The translations under genes and the position numbers were made by a program. Positions 40,880 through 53,190 of a stretch of 64,000 bases of DNA are shown piece by piece; position 1 is the first letter of the stretch; each line of letters opens with the position of its first letter. The notes under the pieces were generated by a model that had not been told where the DNA came from, made no database searches, and saw only the letters and a program-made list of their open reading frames with translations. Source of the stretch: Desulfatiglandales bacterium (GTDB taxonomy: Bacteria > Desulfobacterota > DSM-4660 > Desulfatiglandales > Desulfatiglandaceae); NCBI GenBank assembly GCA_963662465.1, contig OY759599.1, positions 6,944,001-7,008,000 of the forward strand, read 5' to 3'.

Positions 40880-41908
40880 ATGATTATCCTGGGAATAGAT
40901 ACCTCCTGCGACGATACCTCGGCCGGAATTGTGGTGGATGGAACAGAGATCCCGGCCAATGTGATTCACTCCCAGGTGGCCGTACACCATCCCCACGGCG
41001 GTGTCGTTCCCGAGCTGGCTTCCAGGGAGCATGTGCGAAATATCGTGCCTGTAGTGGAAGAGGCCCTGAAGCATGCGGGGCTTAAAATGGCGGAGTTGGA
41101 CGGCATTGCCGTCACCGTGGGCCCCGGATTGGTGGGGGCCCTTCTGGTGGGACTCTATTATGCCAAAGGGCTGGCCTATGTTCTGGATAAACCGTTAATG
41201 GCGGTGAACCACCTGGAAGGCCATATCCTTTCCATTTTTCTGGAAGGGGAACATCCGGCCTTTCCCTTTGTGGCCCTGACCGTCTCCGGTGGGCACACAA
41301 GCCTCTATCATGTGGAAGATTTCGGTCGCTATGCCCTTCTGGGGCAAACCCTTGATGATGCGGCCGGCGAGGCATTTGACAAAATCGCCAAGATTTCCGG
41401 AATGGGATACCCGGGAGGCGTTGCCATTGAAAAAGCAGCTGTAAAAGGACGGCATGACGCGGTGGCGTTTCCACGGGCCTATATGTCCAAATCGTCTTTA
41501 GACTTCAGTTTCAGCGGGCTTAAGACTGCGGTTTCCCTGTTCCTGAAAAAATGGCGCGAGGACCCCTCTTTAAGCGCCGAGATCAGTCTGTTCGATATCG
41601 TTGCGTCTTTTCAGGAGGCCGTCGTGGATGTCCTCGTGGACAAAGCCATGGTTGCCGGAAAACGGATGGGGGCGGCTTCGGTGGTGTTGGCAGGCGGTGT
41701 GGCGTGCAACAATCGCTTGAGAAGCCGCTTGGTGGAAGCTGCGGGCCTGGACGGCATGCGGGTTTATTTTCCGCGCCCCGCCTATTGCACGGACAATGGG
41801 GCCATGATCGCTTTGGCGGGCTACCACAGGCTTTTGAAAAACAAAATCGCCCATATGGCGGTGGACGCACGGGCCAAGTATCCGATTCAGGACCTCATGT
41901 CCGAGTGA
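40880..41908 (+). CDS. tsaD: tRNA threonylcarbamoyltransferase
   Basis: GGVVPELASREH, HLEGH, SGGHT, TDNGAMIA. Confidence 0.96.
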   Translation: MIILGIDTSCDDTSAGIVVDGTEIPANVIHSQVAVHHPHGGVVPELASREHVRNIVPVVEEALKHAGLKMAELDGIAVTVGPGLVGALLVGLYYAKGLAYVLDKPLMAVNHLEGHILSIFLEGEHPAFPFVALTVSGGHTSLYHVEDFGRYALLGQTLDDAAGEAFDKIAKISGMGYPGGVAIEKAAVKGRHDAVAFPRAYMSKSSLDFSFSGLKTAVSLFLKKWREDPSLSAEISLFDIVASFQEAVVDVLVDKAMVAGKRMGAASVVLAGGVACNNRLRSRLVEAAGLDGMRVYFPRPAYCTDNGAMIALAGYHRLLKNKIAHMAVDARAKYPIQDLMSE

Positions 41909-42003
41909 TGGATGGTGTCCGTAAAACAATATTTTTCTAAATCTCTATTCGGCGGAAACATGGAGACGAAATCACTTCGGTAAATTTCCATGTCTGAGAA
42001 ATC

Positions 42004-42522
42004 TTGAAAGTACGCAGGCTGGTTCGATATTATTATCTCCGATTCATTCGATTGAGGGGCGATCCCCACGAGTTGGCGCTCGGCATGACGTTTGGGATTT
42101 TTACGGGTATGATGCCCGTGATGCCTTTTCAAATGGCCCTTTCCGTTGCGTTGGCACTCGCTTTCAAGGGAAGTAAAATTACGGCGGCTCTGGGAACCTG
42201 GGTTAGTAATCCGCTGAACTGGTATTTTCTTTACTACTTCAGTTATAAGCTGGGGGCCTGGAGCCTTGGCATGGAAGGCCACAACGCCATGTTTGGAACC
42301 ATTATGACCATGGTTCGCTCGGGTGAGGAATCAATGGTCATTGTGGAAAAAATTCTGGCTGCCGGCGGGCTCATGGGCGCCTGTTTTTTAGTGGGCGGTT
42401 TGATCATGGGGACGTGTGTGGCAATTCCCTCTTATTTTATTTTCCTCTATATTTTTAAACGGATACGGAACTGGCGCGAATCGCGAAAGGGGCGGGGGCA
42501 TTGGCATTTGTCGGATCACTGA
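42004..42522 (+). CDS. DUF2062 membrane protein
   Basis: PHELALG, TWVSNP. Confidence 0.8.
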   Translation: MKVRRLVRYYYLRFIRLRGDPHELALGMTFGIFTGMMPVMPFQMALSVALALAFKGSKITAALGTWVSNPLNWYFLYYFSYKLGAWSLGMEGHNAMFGTIMTMVRSGEESMVIVEKILAAGGLMGACFLVGGLIMGTCVAIPSYFIFLYIFKRIRNWRESRKGRGHWHLSDH

Positions 42523-43358
42523 AAGCAGGTGTGTCCCTTCGACCCAAAAAGCGGCTGGGCCAGAATTTTCTGGTGGATCCGGCCCTCAGCGACAAAATCG
42601 TGTCCCTTTCGGGATTTGCCGCTGAAGATACGGTTTTGGAAATCGGACCGGGAAAGGGCGCCTTGACCCTGCCTCTGGCAGGACGGGTGAGACATGTGGT
42701 GGCCGTTGAAAAAGATGTCGATATGGTGGACTGGCTCAAACACAGACTTTTTGAGGCCGGCGTCAGCAATGTGACATTGCTGCATGAGGACATTCTTAAA
42801 GTGGATTGGGGTGCTCTCAGAAGTCATTTTCCCGGAAAAATCCGAGCCATCGGCAATCTGCCCTACAATATTTCATCTCCTGTTCTGGAGAGGATGTGCC
42901 GGCGCCACCAATGGATGGGGCGGACGATTCTCATGTTTCAACTGGAAGTGGCGGAGCGTTTGGCCGCTGTTCCGGGAACGAAAGCCTACGGGGCACTGAC
43001 CCTCCTGGTGCAATACCATGCCCGGGTCGTGCGATTGCTTAAGGTCTTTAAGGGGTCTTTTTTTCCCGTGCCCAAGGTGGATTCCATGGTGGTTTCCCTC
43101 GATTTTGAAAAACCCTATCCCGAGCGGGCGGTTCATGAGGCATTTTTCAGGAAAGTGGTCAAGGGGGCCTTTGCTCACCGAAGAAAGACCCTCATCAATT
43201 CATTGAAGGGGGCGTTGCCGGATCAAACCCGTGAATCTTTGATAACGGCCATGGCGGCAAGCGGCATAGATCCGGGGAAACGGGGGGAAGTTCTTGAAAT
43301 GGCCGATTTTCTGAGGTTATCGTCCGCCCTCTCCATTGACAAGGAAATGACCAAATGA
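42501..43358 (+). CDS. rsmA: 16S rRNA dimethyltransferase
   Basis: LGQNFL, EIGPGKG, NLPYNIS. Confidence 0.95.
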   Translation: MAFVGSLKAGVSLRPKKRLGQNFLVDPALSDKIVSLSGFAAEDTVLEIGPGKGALTLPLAGRVRHVVAVEKDVDMVDWLKHRLFEAGVSNVTLLHEDILKVDWGALRSHFPGKIRAIGNLPYNISSPVLERMCRRHQWMGRTILMFQLEVAERLAAVPGTKAYGALTLLVQYHARVVRLLKVFKGSFFPVPKVDSMVVSLDFEKPYPERAVHEAFFRKVVKGAFAHRRKTLINSLKGALPDQTRESLITAMAASGIDPGKRGEVLEMADFLRLSSALSIDKEMTK

Positions 43359-43421
43359 TATTAATTTATGTTACGCAAAAAACAACCTACATGAAAATGG
43401 GTTCGCTGGAAGGATTTCTCC

Positions 43422-44270
43422 ATGAAAGTCATTGAAACCGTTGAACACATGCAACAGGCCTCCGATGCCATGCGGTTGGCGGGAGAGAGCCTGGCGCTGG
43501 CGCCCACCATGGGCTTTCTTCACGAGGGTCATCTCGCCTTGATGCGAGCGGGAAAAGACCATTGCGACCGGCTGATTGTGAGCCTTTTTGTCAATCCCAC
43601 GCAGTTTGGTCCCAATGAAGATTTTGAGGCTTATCCCAGGGATACCGAGGGCGATCTCAAAAAAGCCGAGAGTGTTGGGGTCGACATCATGTTTATGCCG
43701 TCCGCCGGGGCAATGTATCCCCGGGGCGCACAAACCAGCGTGGTGGTGAAGGACCTGCCGCGTCATTTATGCGGTCTCTCCCGGGCCGGACATTTTGACG
43801 GCGTTACCACCGTTGTGGCCAAGCTCTTTCATATCGTGAAGCCCCATGTGGCGGTTTTTGGACAGAAGGATTACCAGCAGTTGGCCGTTATCAGCCGGAT
43901 GGTCATGGACCTCAATATGGATGTTCAGATCATGGGCGTTCCCACGGTACGGGAACCGGATGGATTGGCCATGAGTTCCCGGAACAGCTATCTGAACCCG
44001 GAAGAACGAAAATCGGCCCTTTCCCTTAAAAAATCCCTGGATCTGGCCGGAAAACTTTTTAGCGAAGGAGAAAGGGGCGCTGAAGCCGTGAAGGCGGCGG
44101 TTCGATCCCTTATCCTGGGGCATTTGTTTACCGAAATCGATTATGTCTCCCTGTGCGACCCCGTGACCCTGGAGGATGTGGATACCCTTTCAGAAGGCAC
44201 ATTGCTGGCGCTGGCGGTGCGGGTGGGAAAAACCCGGTTGATTGATAACGGCCGGTTGAAAAAAATATAG
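43422..44270 (+). CDS. panC: Pantoate-beta-alanine ligase
   Basis: PTMGFLHEGH, FGQKDYQQ, AMSSRN, RLIDN. Confidence 0.96.
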   Translation: MKVIETVEHMQQASDAMRLAGESLALAPTMGFLHEGHLALMRAGKDHCDRLIVSLFVNPTQFGPNEDFEAYPRDTEGDLKKAESVGVDIMFMPSAGAMYPRGAQTSVVVKDLPRHLCGLSRAGHFDGVTTVVAKLFHIVKPHVAVFGQKDYQQLAVISRMVMDLNMDVQIMGVPTVREPDGLAMSSRNSYLNPEERKSALSLKKSLDLAGKLFSEGERGAEAVKAAVRSLILGHLFTEIDYVSLCDPVTLEDVDTLSEGTLLALAVRVGKTRLIDNGRLKKI

Positions 44271-44316
44271 CGTTAACGGGCCATGACGCGCCCATTTTAC
44301 GTAAAGGAGAACTTTT

Positions 44317-45480
44317 ATGAAGAGCGCAAACTTTTTGTTTACTTCGGAGTCCGTGACCGAAGGGCACCCGGACAAGGTGGCTGACCAGATATCTGATCAT
44401 GTTTTGGACGAGATTTTCAAACAGGACCCCAAATCCCGGGTGGCCTGCGAGACTTTGGTGACCACCGGAATGGCCATGATTTCCGGAGAAATTACCACCA
44501 CCGCCTATGTGCATATGCCGGAAATTGTCAGGGAAACCATCAGGGATATCGGATACAAAAATTCCTCCATGGGGTTTGACTGGGAAACCTGCGCTGTGCT
44601 GTCCACCATTGACAAGCAATCTCCGGATATTGCCATGGGGGTTGACGGAACGGGCCTCTTTAAGGAGCAGGGGGCCGGGGATCAGGGGCTCATGTTCGGG
44701 TATGCCTGCAAGGATACCGATGTTCTGATGCCCATGCCTATTTATCTGGCCCACGGTCTCACCAAGCGTTTGGCCCATGTGAGAAAATCCGGCCAATTGC
44801 CATGGCTCAGGCCCGACGGGAAGAGCCAGGTGACCGTCGAGTATGAGGATGGAAAGCCCATCAGAATTCACACGGTGGTCATCGCGGCCCAGCATAGCCC
44901 GGACGTGGATTACGACACCCTCAGGGAAGCGATTATCGAAAAGGTCGTCAGGAAAGTGATTCCGGAGCATATGCTGGATGAATCCACCCAGTATTTTATC
45001 AACACCACCGGCCGTTTTGTGGTGGGGGGGCCCCAGGGGGACTGCGGTCTGACCGGTCGCAAAATCATCATGGATACCTACGGCGGGTTCGGCTACCACG
45101 GCGGCGGCGCCTTTTCCGGAAAAGATCCGTCAAAGGTGGATCGAAGCGCCTCTTATATGTGCCGCTATGTGGCCAAAAACATCGTGGCGGCGGGGCTGGC
45201 TGAAAAGTGTGAAATCCAGGTGGCCTATACCATCGGTCGTGCTGATCCGGTGTCCGTGATGGTGGGCGCTTATAGCACCGGAGTGCTGTCTAGTCCGGAA
45301 CTTACACAGATTGTCAAAAAGGTATTTGATTTCAGGCCGGCGGCTATTATTGAACGTCTGGATCTGCTTCGGCCCATTTACCGCAAGACGTCCAATTACG
45401 GCCATTTCGGGCGTGAGCTGCCCGAATTTTCCTGGGAAAAAACCGATATGGTGGATACCCTTAAAAGTGCCGTTAAATAG
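44317..45480 (+). CDS. metK: Methionine adenosyltransferase
   Basis: [25 protein letters not shown]. Confidence 0.97.
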   Translation: MKSANFLFTSESVTEGHPDKVADQISDHVLDEIFKQDPKSRVACETLVTTGMAMISGEITTTAYVHMPEIVRETIRDIGYKNSSMGFDWETCAVLSTIDKQSPDIAMGVDGTGLFKEQGAGDQGLMFGYACKDTDVLMPMPIYLAHGLTKRLAHVRKSGQLPWLRPDGKSQVTVEYEDGKPIRIHTVVIAAQHSPDVDYDTLREAIIEKVVRKVIPEHMLDESTQYFINTTGRFVVGGPQGDCGLTGRKIIMDTYGGFGYHGGGAFSGKDPSKVDRSASYMCRYVAKNIVAAGLAEKCEIQVAYTIGRADPVSVMVGAYSTGVLSSPELTQIVKKVFDFRPAAIIERLDLLRPIYRKTSNYGHFGRELPEFSWEKTDMVDTLKSAVK

Positions 45481-45514
45481 GACAACGCGATGTTAATGCA
45501 TAAAAAAACCATAA

Positions 45515-46852
<1,338 letters not shown>

Positions 46853-46907
46853 TACGATTGCGGATTTCGGATTGCGGATTTTAACATGCGATAATTAGGA
46901 GTGCTCC

Positions 46908-48002
46908 ATGTCGGAAGATGTTTTTCGTCGTTTGCAGGAACAGTTGGATCAGTATTCCGTGGGGTTTCCCGCCACTGAATCCGGTGTGGAAATTGAAATT
47001 CTAAAAACGCTTTTCACCGAAGACGAAGCTGAATTGTACCTGAAAATGAGCCTGATGCTGGAAACGCCTGAAAGTGTGGCCGGTCGCTTGAAACAGGATG
47101 TTGCACCGGTGGCGTTACTGCTTGACGGTATGGCTGAAAAAGGGCTGTTGTTTCGGGTGCGAAAAGGCAGTGAACCCAAATATGGGGCCGCGCCTTTTGT
47201 GGTGGGCATCTACGAATTTCAGTTGAAGACCATGGATGTCCATCTGGCCCGGCTTTTCGAGGTGTACTTTGAGGAGGCTTTTTCCGAACAGGGTTCGCGG
47301 CAGACCGTACCCATGCGGACCATTCCCGTGAACAAGTCCATCGGCGTTTCATGGAATGTGGCCCCTTACGAGGATGCTCGGGAGATTATCAAATCCAAAG
47401 ACCGTCTCGCGGTGGCCAACTGCATTTGCCGGACGCAGCAGGGGCTTTTGGGCCAGGCCTGCGACAAACCGGTGGAGGTCTGTTTTCTGGCCGGGTCTCA
47501 TGGGGCCTACTATGTGGATCGCGGCATGGGCCGGTGGGTGACCCATGCGGAGGCCCTGGAAATTCTGGATCAGTGTGAGGCGGCAGGGCTGGTGCCCCAA
47601 CCCTTTAATGCCGTCAACCCGGGGGGATTATGCAACTGCTGCGGCGACTGCTGCGGTATGCTTCGGGCTTTGAAAAAGCACCCCCGGCCCGCGGAAATGG
47701 TGGTGGCCAACCATTTTGCCCGGGTGGATGAGGACCTGTGTGTGGGGTGTGAAATCTGTCTGGATCGTTGTCAGATGGATGCCATTGCCATGGGGGACGG
47801 GGGGACGGCACAGGTGAACCTGGATCGGTGCATCGGCTGTGGGTTATGTGTGACCACCTGCGAGGTTGAAGCGATGACGCTTGTCCCCAAATCTAAGGCA
47901 GATCGCCGTGAACCGCCCGCCAAGGCCCAGCTTACCCTCATGGAGTTGGCCCAAAAGCGGGGAAAATCGCTGGTGCCTCTTGCGGTCATGAGGGGGGCAT
48001 AA
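46908..48002 (+). CDS. 4Fe-4S binding protein
   Basis: CICR, CNCCGDCCG, two CxxCxxCxxxC motifs. Confidence 0.88.
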   Translation: MSEDVFRRLQEQLDQYSVGFPATESGVEIEILKTLFTEDEAELYLKMSLMLETPESVAGRLKQDVAPVALLLDGMAEKGLLFRVRKGSEPKYGAAPFVVGIYEFQLKTMDVHLARLFEVYFEEAFSEQGSRQTVPMRTIPVNKSIGVSWNVAPYEDAREIIKSKDRLAVANCICRTQQGLLGQACDKPVEVCFLAGSHGAYYVDRGMGRWVTHAEALEILDQCEAAGLVPQPFNAVNPGGLCNCCGDCCGMLRALKKHPRPAEMVVANHFARVDEDLCVGCEICLDRCQMDAIAMGDGGTAQVNLDRCIGCGLCVTTCEVEAMTLVPKSKADRREPPAKAQLTLMELAQKRGKSLVPLAVMRGA

Positions 48003-48014
48003 GGAAAAAGACCC

Positions 48015-48980
48015 ATGTTTAAAACAAAAATCACCGAAATGCTCGGCATCCGGTATCCCCTCGTGGGTGGAACCATGATGCATCTTTCCACTGCTGAGTT
48101 CACCGCTGCCATCTCCAATGCCGGCGGTCTGGGGGTGCTGGCGTCTGCTATCTATCAGAACCGGGAGGCGTTCGCAGGGGCCCTGGACCGGCTCTTTGCA
48201 CTGACGGACCAGCCCTTTGCCGTGAACCTCAACCTGTTTCCCATGATGCGTCCCATCGACAACAACGACTATCTGGATGTGCTGCTGGAAAAAGGCGTTA
48301 AAATTGTGGAAACATCGGGGCATTCGGCGCCGGAGGCGCTTTGCGCCCGCTTTAAAGCGGCGGGTCTTACATGGATTCACAAATGCGTGGGGGTTCGCTA
48401 TGCCCTGAAGGTGCAGGACATGGGCGCCGATGCGGTAACGATGGTGGGGTATGAAAACGGCGGCGCAACGGGGAAATTGGACGTGGGAACCTTTGTGTTG
48501 GTTCCTCGTGCCGTGGAAAGTCTGCACGTTCCGGTCATCGGTGGGGGCGGTGTTTCAGATGGCAGGGGATTGACGGCGTTGCTGGCCCTGGGCGCGGAGG
48601 GAGTGATTCTGGGAACCCGGCTTCTGGCCACAACGGAGGCCCCCATTCACGACAACCTGAAACAGGCGTTGATCAATGCCGGTGAACTGGATACCATGCT
48701 GGTCATGCGCTCCATCGGCGCCACCCACCGGGTATGGAAAAACGCCGCGGCTCGCCGCTGCGTGGAACTGGAGGTGGACCAGGCGTCATTGCCGGAAATC
48801 CTGAATGTGACTACGGGAGAAAAAGCCAAACGCATGTACCGTGAAGGGGATATTAATCTGGGGATTATTTCCTGCGGCCAGGGGATCGGCATGGTTCATG
48901 ATATTCCTAACGTGAAGGACCTGTTTGACCGAATGATGCGGGAAGCCGGGCTTGTGGTCAGTCGGTTGGCCGCGGATTAA
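48015..48980 (+). CDS. Nitronate monooxygenase/FabK-like flavoenzyme
   Basis: SNAGGLG, GYENGG, PVIGGGGV.DGRG, GTRL. Confidence 0.88.
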   Translation: MFKTKITEMLGIRYPLVGGTMMHLSTAEFTAAISNAGGLGVLASAIYQNREAFAGALDRLFALTDQPFAVNLNLFPMMRPIDNNDYLDVLLEKGVKIVETSGHSAPEALCARFKAAGLTWIHKCVGVRYALKVQDMGADAVTMVGYENGGATGKLDVGTFVLVPRAVESLHVPVIGGGGVSDGRGLTALLALGAEGVILGTRLLATTEAPIHDNLKQALINAGELDTMLVMRSIGATHRVWKNAAARRCVELEVDQASLPEILNVTTGEKAKRMYREGDINLGIISCGQGIGMVHDIPNVKDLFDRMMREAGLVVSRLAAD

Positions 48981-49051
48981 ATCCCATCATATTTACTCTC
49001 TTTCCCAATTCGTTCTGTCTGCTCGGCTAAAGAATAGCCACGGAGGCACGG

Positions 49052-49570
49052 ATGCCCATGAATGCTGTTCCCGAAATTCTCATAAAAACCGGATATATTC
49101 CCGGCGTAATCGGTCGGATTTCCGAACTTCATGGGACTTATTACCACCAACATTGGGGGTTTGGGCTATATTTTGAGGCAAAGGTCGCCACCGAACTTTC
49201 GGTGTTTTTGCGGCGATTCGATCCGAACTGTGATGGAATTTGGCTTGCAACTCAAGATGGTCAGGTCGAAGGTTCAATTATCATAGACGGTATTCATGCT
49301 GAAAATGAAGGCGCTCATCTACGGTGGTTCATCGTATCCGATGCTCTGAGGGGAAAAGAGGTGGGCAGGAAGCTCATCAACAGCGCAATGGATTTTTGTG
49401 GGCGTAAGGGCTACCAAAGGACATATCTTTGGACTTTCGAAGGACTTGCTGCGGCGAGGCGCCTGTATGAAGCGGCAGGCTTTGAACTCATCAAGCAACA
49501 AAGCGGCAATCAATGGGGCGTTCTTGTTAACGAGCAATATTTTGAATTCAATTTAAAAACCTGCGGTTAG
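49052..49570 (+). CDS. GNAT N-acetyltransferase
   Basis: LRWFIV...RGKEVGR, LWTF, ARRLYEAAGF. Confidence 0.85.
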   Translation: MPMNAVPEILIKTGYIPGVIGRISELHGTYYHQHWGFGLYFEAKVATELSVFLRRFDPNCDGIWLATQDGQVEGSIIIDGIHAENEGAHLRWFIVSDALRGKEVGRKLINSAMDFCGRKGYQRTYLWTFEGLAAARRLYEAAGFELIKQQSGNQWGVLVNEQYFEFNLKTCG

Positions 49571-49688
49571 CTGTTAGCTTTTAGCAATTAGCCGTTAGCC
49601 AAAAGATTACAATGAGTTGCATAAGAACATCTCATTTTTTAAGCTAACAGCTAACAGCTAACAGCTAACAGCTTCATTTTCATGGTAA
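49566..49688. repeat. GCTAACA heptamer inverted-repeat element ending CATTTTCATGGTAA
   Basis: gttagctgttagc... then (gctaaca)4 gcttcattttcatggtaaa; same end at about 58100-58144. Confidence 0.8.
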
Positions 49689-50272
49689 AAATGAAAAAAA
49701 GATGCGAATGGTGCGGAGACGATCCCCTCTACGTGGCGTACCACGATGACGAATGGGGTGTTCCGGTTCATGATGATCGGCGGCTGTTTGAAATGCTGGC
49801 GCTGGAGGGCGCACAGGCCGGTTTGAGTTGGTTGACGATCTTGCGGAAACGAGAGGGGTACCGCAAGGCATTTCATGGCTTTGACGTCGAGAAAATCGTT
49901 GAATATTCACAACACGATATCAAACGCCTGCTTGCGGATTCCGGTATTGTACGCAATCGTCTCAAGATCGAATCCGTCATCCGGAACGCACGGGCTGTCT
50001 TGGCTGTTAAGAAGGAATTCGGGTCTCTGGACGCTTTTCTCTGGCGATATGTCGATGGCGTTCCCCGGCAAAATGCCTGGCGGTCAATGACGGAATTGCC
50101 CGCACATACGGTTCAATCCGATGCCATGAGCAAAGATCTTAAAGGCCGTGGATTCAACTTCGTAGGCCCGACAATCTGCTATGCCTTTATGCAGGCCGTG
50201 GGCATGGTCAATGACCATACGACGGATTGTTTCCGATATCGAGAAATTGAGGCTGCCCGGCAAGACCGTTGA
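49682..50272 (+). CDS. tag: DNA-3-methyladenine glycosylase I
   Basis: YHDDEWGVP, EGAQAGLSW, QAVGMVNDH...C. Confidence 0.95.
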   Translation: MVKMKKRCEWCGDDPLYVAYHDDEWGVPVHDDRRLFEMLALEGAQAGLSWLTILRKREGYRKAFHGFDVEKIVEYSQHDIKRLLADSGIVRNRLKIESVIRNARAVLAVKKEFGSLDAFLWRYVDGVPRQNAWRSMTELPAHTVQSDAMSKDLKGRGFNFVGPTICYAFMQAVGMVNDHTTDCFRYREIEAARQDR

Positions 50273-50354
50273 AGACGGCACGGCCATGATGTGCGGTTTT
50301 TGTTAACCCGTTGCAATGTAATGGATAGGCAGTTCTATCCAGGGAGAAAAAAAT

Positions 50355-50708
50355 ATGTCAACCGAAAACGTGCCTCAGGGGCCGGATACGATCGTAGGTT
50401 CCATCGAAAACCAGGCCGATCCTTCACAGCGCGTCGATATCAAATATTTGCAAGAGGATAATGCCTTCGTGACCTCGGGGATTCAAACCCATTTCGCGGA
50501 GAAAGAAATTTTTATTCCGGCTTATCTGGTGGTCACGGATTTTCAACTCATAGGCGCCATTGTATCTGAAATACTGGAAAAACTCTCCCTGGCCCGGGAG
50601 GGGGAAACCACCTTCGATTATGTTCCCCGGTTTCAGGTGTTGGACAAAGTCTACACCCTTGTGGATGCGGGAGAATACATGAAGCTGTCGGTGGCGGAAC
50701 CGGCGTAA
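50355..50708 (+). CDS. Hypothetical protein
   Basis: ORF with SD gggag. Confidence 0.6.
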   Translation: MSTENVPQGPDTIVGSIENQADPSQRVDIKYLQEDNAFVTSGIQTHFAEKEIFIPAYLVVTDFQLIGAIVSEILEKLSLAREGETTFDYVPRFQVLDKVYTLVDAGEYMKLSVAEPA

Positions 50709-50731
50709 ACCTTTTCATCGTAAAAAGAGGA

Positions 50732-51394
50732 ATGTTGGTGGCTGAAGAAAGCGTTGTTTTCGAATCCGGGGGTTTGAAACTGGAAGGGCTTATGGACCGG
50801 GTTCAGTATGGTGCGGGGGTGGTGGTAACGCATCCACACCCCCAATACGGCGGAAGCATGCACAACAATGTGGTGGAATCGTTGGTAAAGGCCTATGGAA
50901 AGGCAGGCTATGCGACCCTTCGCTTTAATTTCAGGGGGGTTGGGAGAAGTGAAGGCCGATATGATGAAGGCGTTGGGGAACAGGCGGATGTCCGTGCGGC
51001 GGTCAAATACCTGAGGGATCTGGGCATGTCTTCCATCGACCTGGCTGGGTACTCCTTTGGGGCATGGGTCAATGCGCGTGGCATAAAGGATGTAAATGAT
51101 GTTGCCCGAATGATCATGGTTTCTCCGCCCGTGAATTTCATGGATTTTTCGTTTTTGGAATACAGCGCCAAAATTAAGCTCATCATTGCCGGCGAAAAGG
51201 ACGACATTGCGTCACCGGATATGATCCGAAAAATGCTTCCAAAGTGGAACAAAGAGGCGGTTTTTCACATCATTCGTGGGGCGGATCATTTTTATGGGGA
51301 TAAAACCGATGAAATAGAGGCGATTATCGGGAGCTTTTTGAGGCAGGAAGCGCCGGTCGCTGTTTTGTCGACGGAAAACCCTGGATGGCTTTGA
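50732..51394 (+). CDS. Alpha/beta hydrolase
   Basis: HPHPQYGGSM, FNFRGVG, GYSFG, GADHF. Confidence 0.9.
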   Translation: MLVAEESVVFESGGLKLEGLMDRVQYGAGVVVTHPHPQYGGSMHNNVVESLVKAYGKAGYATLRFNFRGVGRSEGRYDEGVGEQADVRAAVKYLRDLGMSSIDLAGYSFGAWVNARGIKDVNDVARMIMVSPPVNFMDFSFLEYSAKIKLIIAGEKDDIASPDMIRKMLPKWNKEAVFHIIRGADHFYGDKTDEIEAIIGSFLRQEAPVAVLSTENPGWL

Positions 51395-51413
51395 GTCTTT
51401 AGGCATTGTGAGG

Positions 51414-51571
51414 CAGTTATCAGTTGTCAGTTATCAGCGCTGGAGGTTGTTTTAAAATTTGAGGACTTGGGAGTATGGAAGAGCGCTTCACCACGCAATG
51501 CTCGTGGGACTCAGCAAATCCCTTCTGAAAATAAATCGATATCAATACGCCGTTACTGACAACTGATAACT
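51414..51571. repeat. Heptamer inverted-repeat element
   Basis: agttatcagttgtcagt ... actgacaactgataact (17-bp perfect IR). Confidence 0.75.
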
Positions 51572-51609
51572 TTCTTGTTCTTTATGACAGAAAACCAGGA
51601 AATAATGCA

Positions 51610-52026
51610 CTAATACCAGGGACCCCACGGTCCCCATGGTCCCCACATGCCAAAATTCATTTGGGCATCCATATTGGACTGTGCGGCCCAGCGGTAGTCC
51701 TGGGCAATTTTTCTCTGGGCGGCCAGCTTTTGAAACTGCTGGTAAGATTTTTCGCTGCCCACATACATGCACTCGCATGAAGTGGCATCCGCATAATAGA
51801 AATAAAGTTTTCCATCGTGCTGTTGCGGTACCAGTTTGCGTTGGGGAAGTCCTTTCAATGCGGCTAGTTTTTCAGGCGTTTCGGCGAGCTTCATTTTGAA
51901 ACCCGAGGCGGCGAGCAGTCGTTCCATATCCATGGCATTTTGATTTTGAATGCCGGCGCATGACGCCAAAAGGGTTGATAAGGCAATTAGAACAGTGACG
52001 AAAAAGAGTCTTTTAATCTTGATCAT
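51610..52026 (-). CDS. Hypothetical lipoprotein
   Basis: Signal peptide with LASC lipobox; WGPWGPWGPW tail. Confidence 0.75.
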   Translation of the reverse strand: MIKIKRLFFVTVLIALSTLLASCAGIQNQNAMDMERLLAASGFKMKLAETPEKLAALKGLPQRKLVPQQHDGKLYFYYADATSCECMYVGSEKSYQQFQKLAAQRKIAQDYRWAAQSNMDAQMNFGMWGPWGPWGPWY

Positions 52027-52082
52027 TCTTCATTTCTCCTTATGCAGGCAGGTTTAAGAACAATGGCTCAGCGGTCTCAGGA

Positions 52083-52673
52083 TCAGGCGGTTGGCGGTTT
52101 CTGAAGCTTTGTTAAAACGATGTATTTATCCTTGAAGTCAACCCTGAACCTGTCGCCAACCGCAAACCCGGTTTCAATCAAGTGGCCTCTTGAAATATCA
52201 ATGCCTTCATCCGTGAATTTCACGGGGCTTGTTTCTCGATAGAGACCCTCTACTTCAATGTAGCGCTTGAGTTTATAGGCCAGATAGCCGATTTTTTGTT
52301 GAAGGGTTCGAAGCGAAATCCCCGCTTCCTGGCAGATTTTTTCCGCTTTTTTGTATTTTTGTATGAAAAAAAGCAACTGTTTGTCAGAGGTGAGGATTTC
52401 CTGTTTTCTGGGAAGCTCCGTGACTTTTTCTTCCCTGGCAACCGTTTCAGGCTTGGGCTCAGCATCCTTTACAGCGGCGATTGGTCCTGCTATCTCGGGT
52501 TGTATGGCTTTGACCGGTTTTTCCCCGTCAGGAAGAAGCTGCTTAAGGTCGTTATTCCATCGATCCCAATTTGGGAGGGCTTTTTCCAGATCTTCGTTCC
52601 AATGATCCCAAGTTTCCCAGTCAGTTTCTAAAGCGGCGTTCCCGGTACTCTCCTTTAGCTTTTCCTCTTCCAT
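52083..52673 (-). CDS. Hypothetical protein with HTH and AbrB/SymE-like C-terminus
   Basis: ICQEAGISLRTL; LIETGFAVGDRFRV...IVLTK; SD aaggag. Confidence 0.55.
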   Translation of the reverse strand: MEEEKLKESTGNAALETDWETWDHWNEDLEKALPNWDRWNNDLKQLLPDGEKPVKAIQPEIAGPIAAVKDAEPKPETVAREEKVTELPRKQEILTSDKQLLFFIQKYKKAEKICQEAGISLRTLQQKIGYLAYKLKRYIEVEGLYRETSPVKFTDEGIDISRGHLIETGFAVGDRFRVDFKDKYIVLTKLQKPPTA

Positions 52674-52981
52674 TTTAAATCTCCTTTATCTTTGAAATGT
52701 TATGGTGGAAGTGTATGGGGAATCAAACCTAGATCAATTAATATTAAAAATCCTTGCTGTGTAAAACTATGAATCAACAATATGCGCTAAATATGGACAT
52801 TAACATGCAATATGGTATAATATCAAGGTGTTTTTAGCCAAATGTTAGCTTTTTGTTAAAATGAAAACAAAAAACCGCTTGCTCTGTTAAATTCACGAGA
52901 GCGATGTGCGAAGCGTATTTATCTGGGGCGGAATCAGCGTAACCTGCCCGCAATCCTTAGCAATGTAAGGCAGGTGGGTTC

Positions 52982-52996
52982 GCCAAATTCGTGCCA
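52982..52996 (-). promoter_or_regulatory. Possible sigma54 -24/-12 site
   Basis: TGGCACGAATTTGGC with GG-N10-GC spacing, upstream of the gene starting at 52673. Confidence 0.3.
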
Positions 52997-53040
52997 AAAA
53001 AGCCTTGACAACCCCACTCCCTTTCCATAACACTCTTTTT

Positions 53041-53190
53041 ATAAACAATCTCTATGAACAGGAAATACACTATCATCTCCTAATGTTCCTGACCTCGGAA
53101 ACGAACCTCTCCCAACGGAAAATGGCCAAACGGGTGGAGGTCAGTTTGGGTAAAATTGACTCTGTCAGTTCACGGAACTGACAGAGAAAT
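53041..53190 (+). pseudogene. EPS-associated MarR-family regulator remnant
   Basis: EQEIHYHLL...NLSQRKMAKRVEVSLGKI, then frameshift and truncation. Confidence 0.65.
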
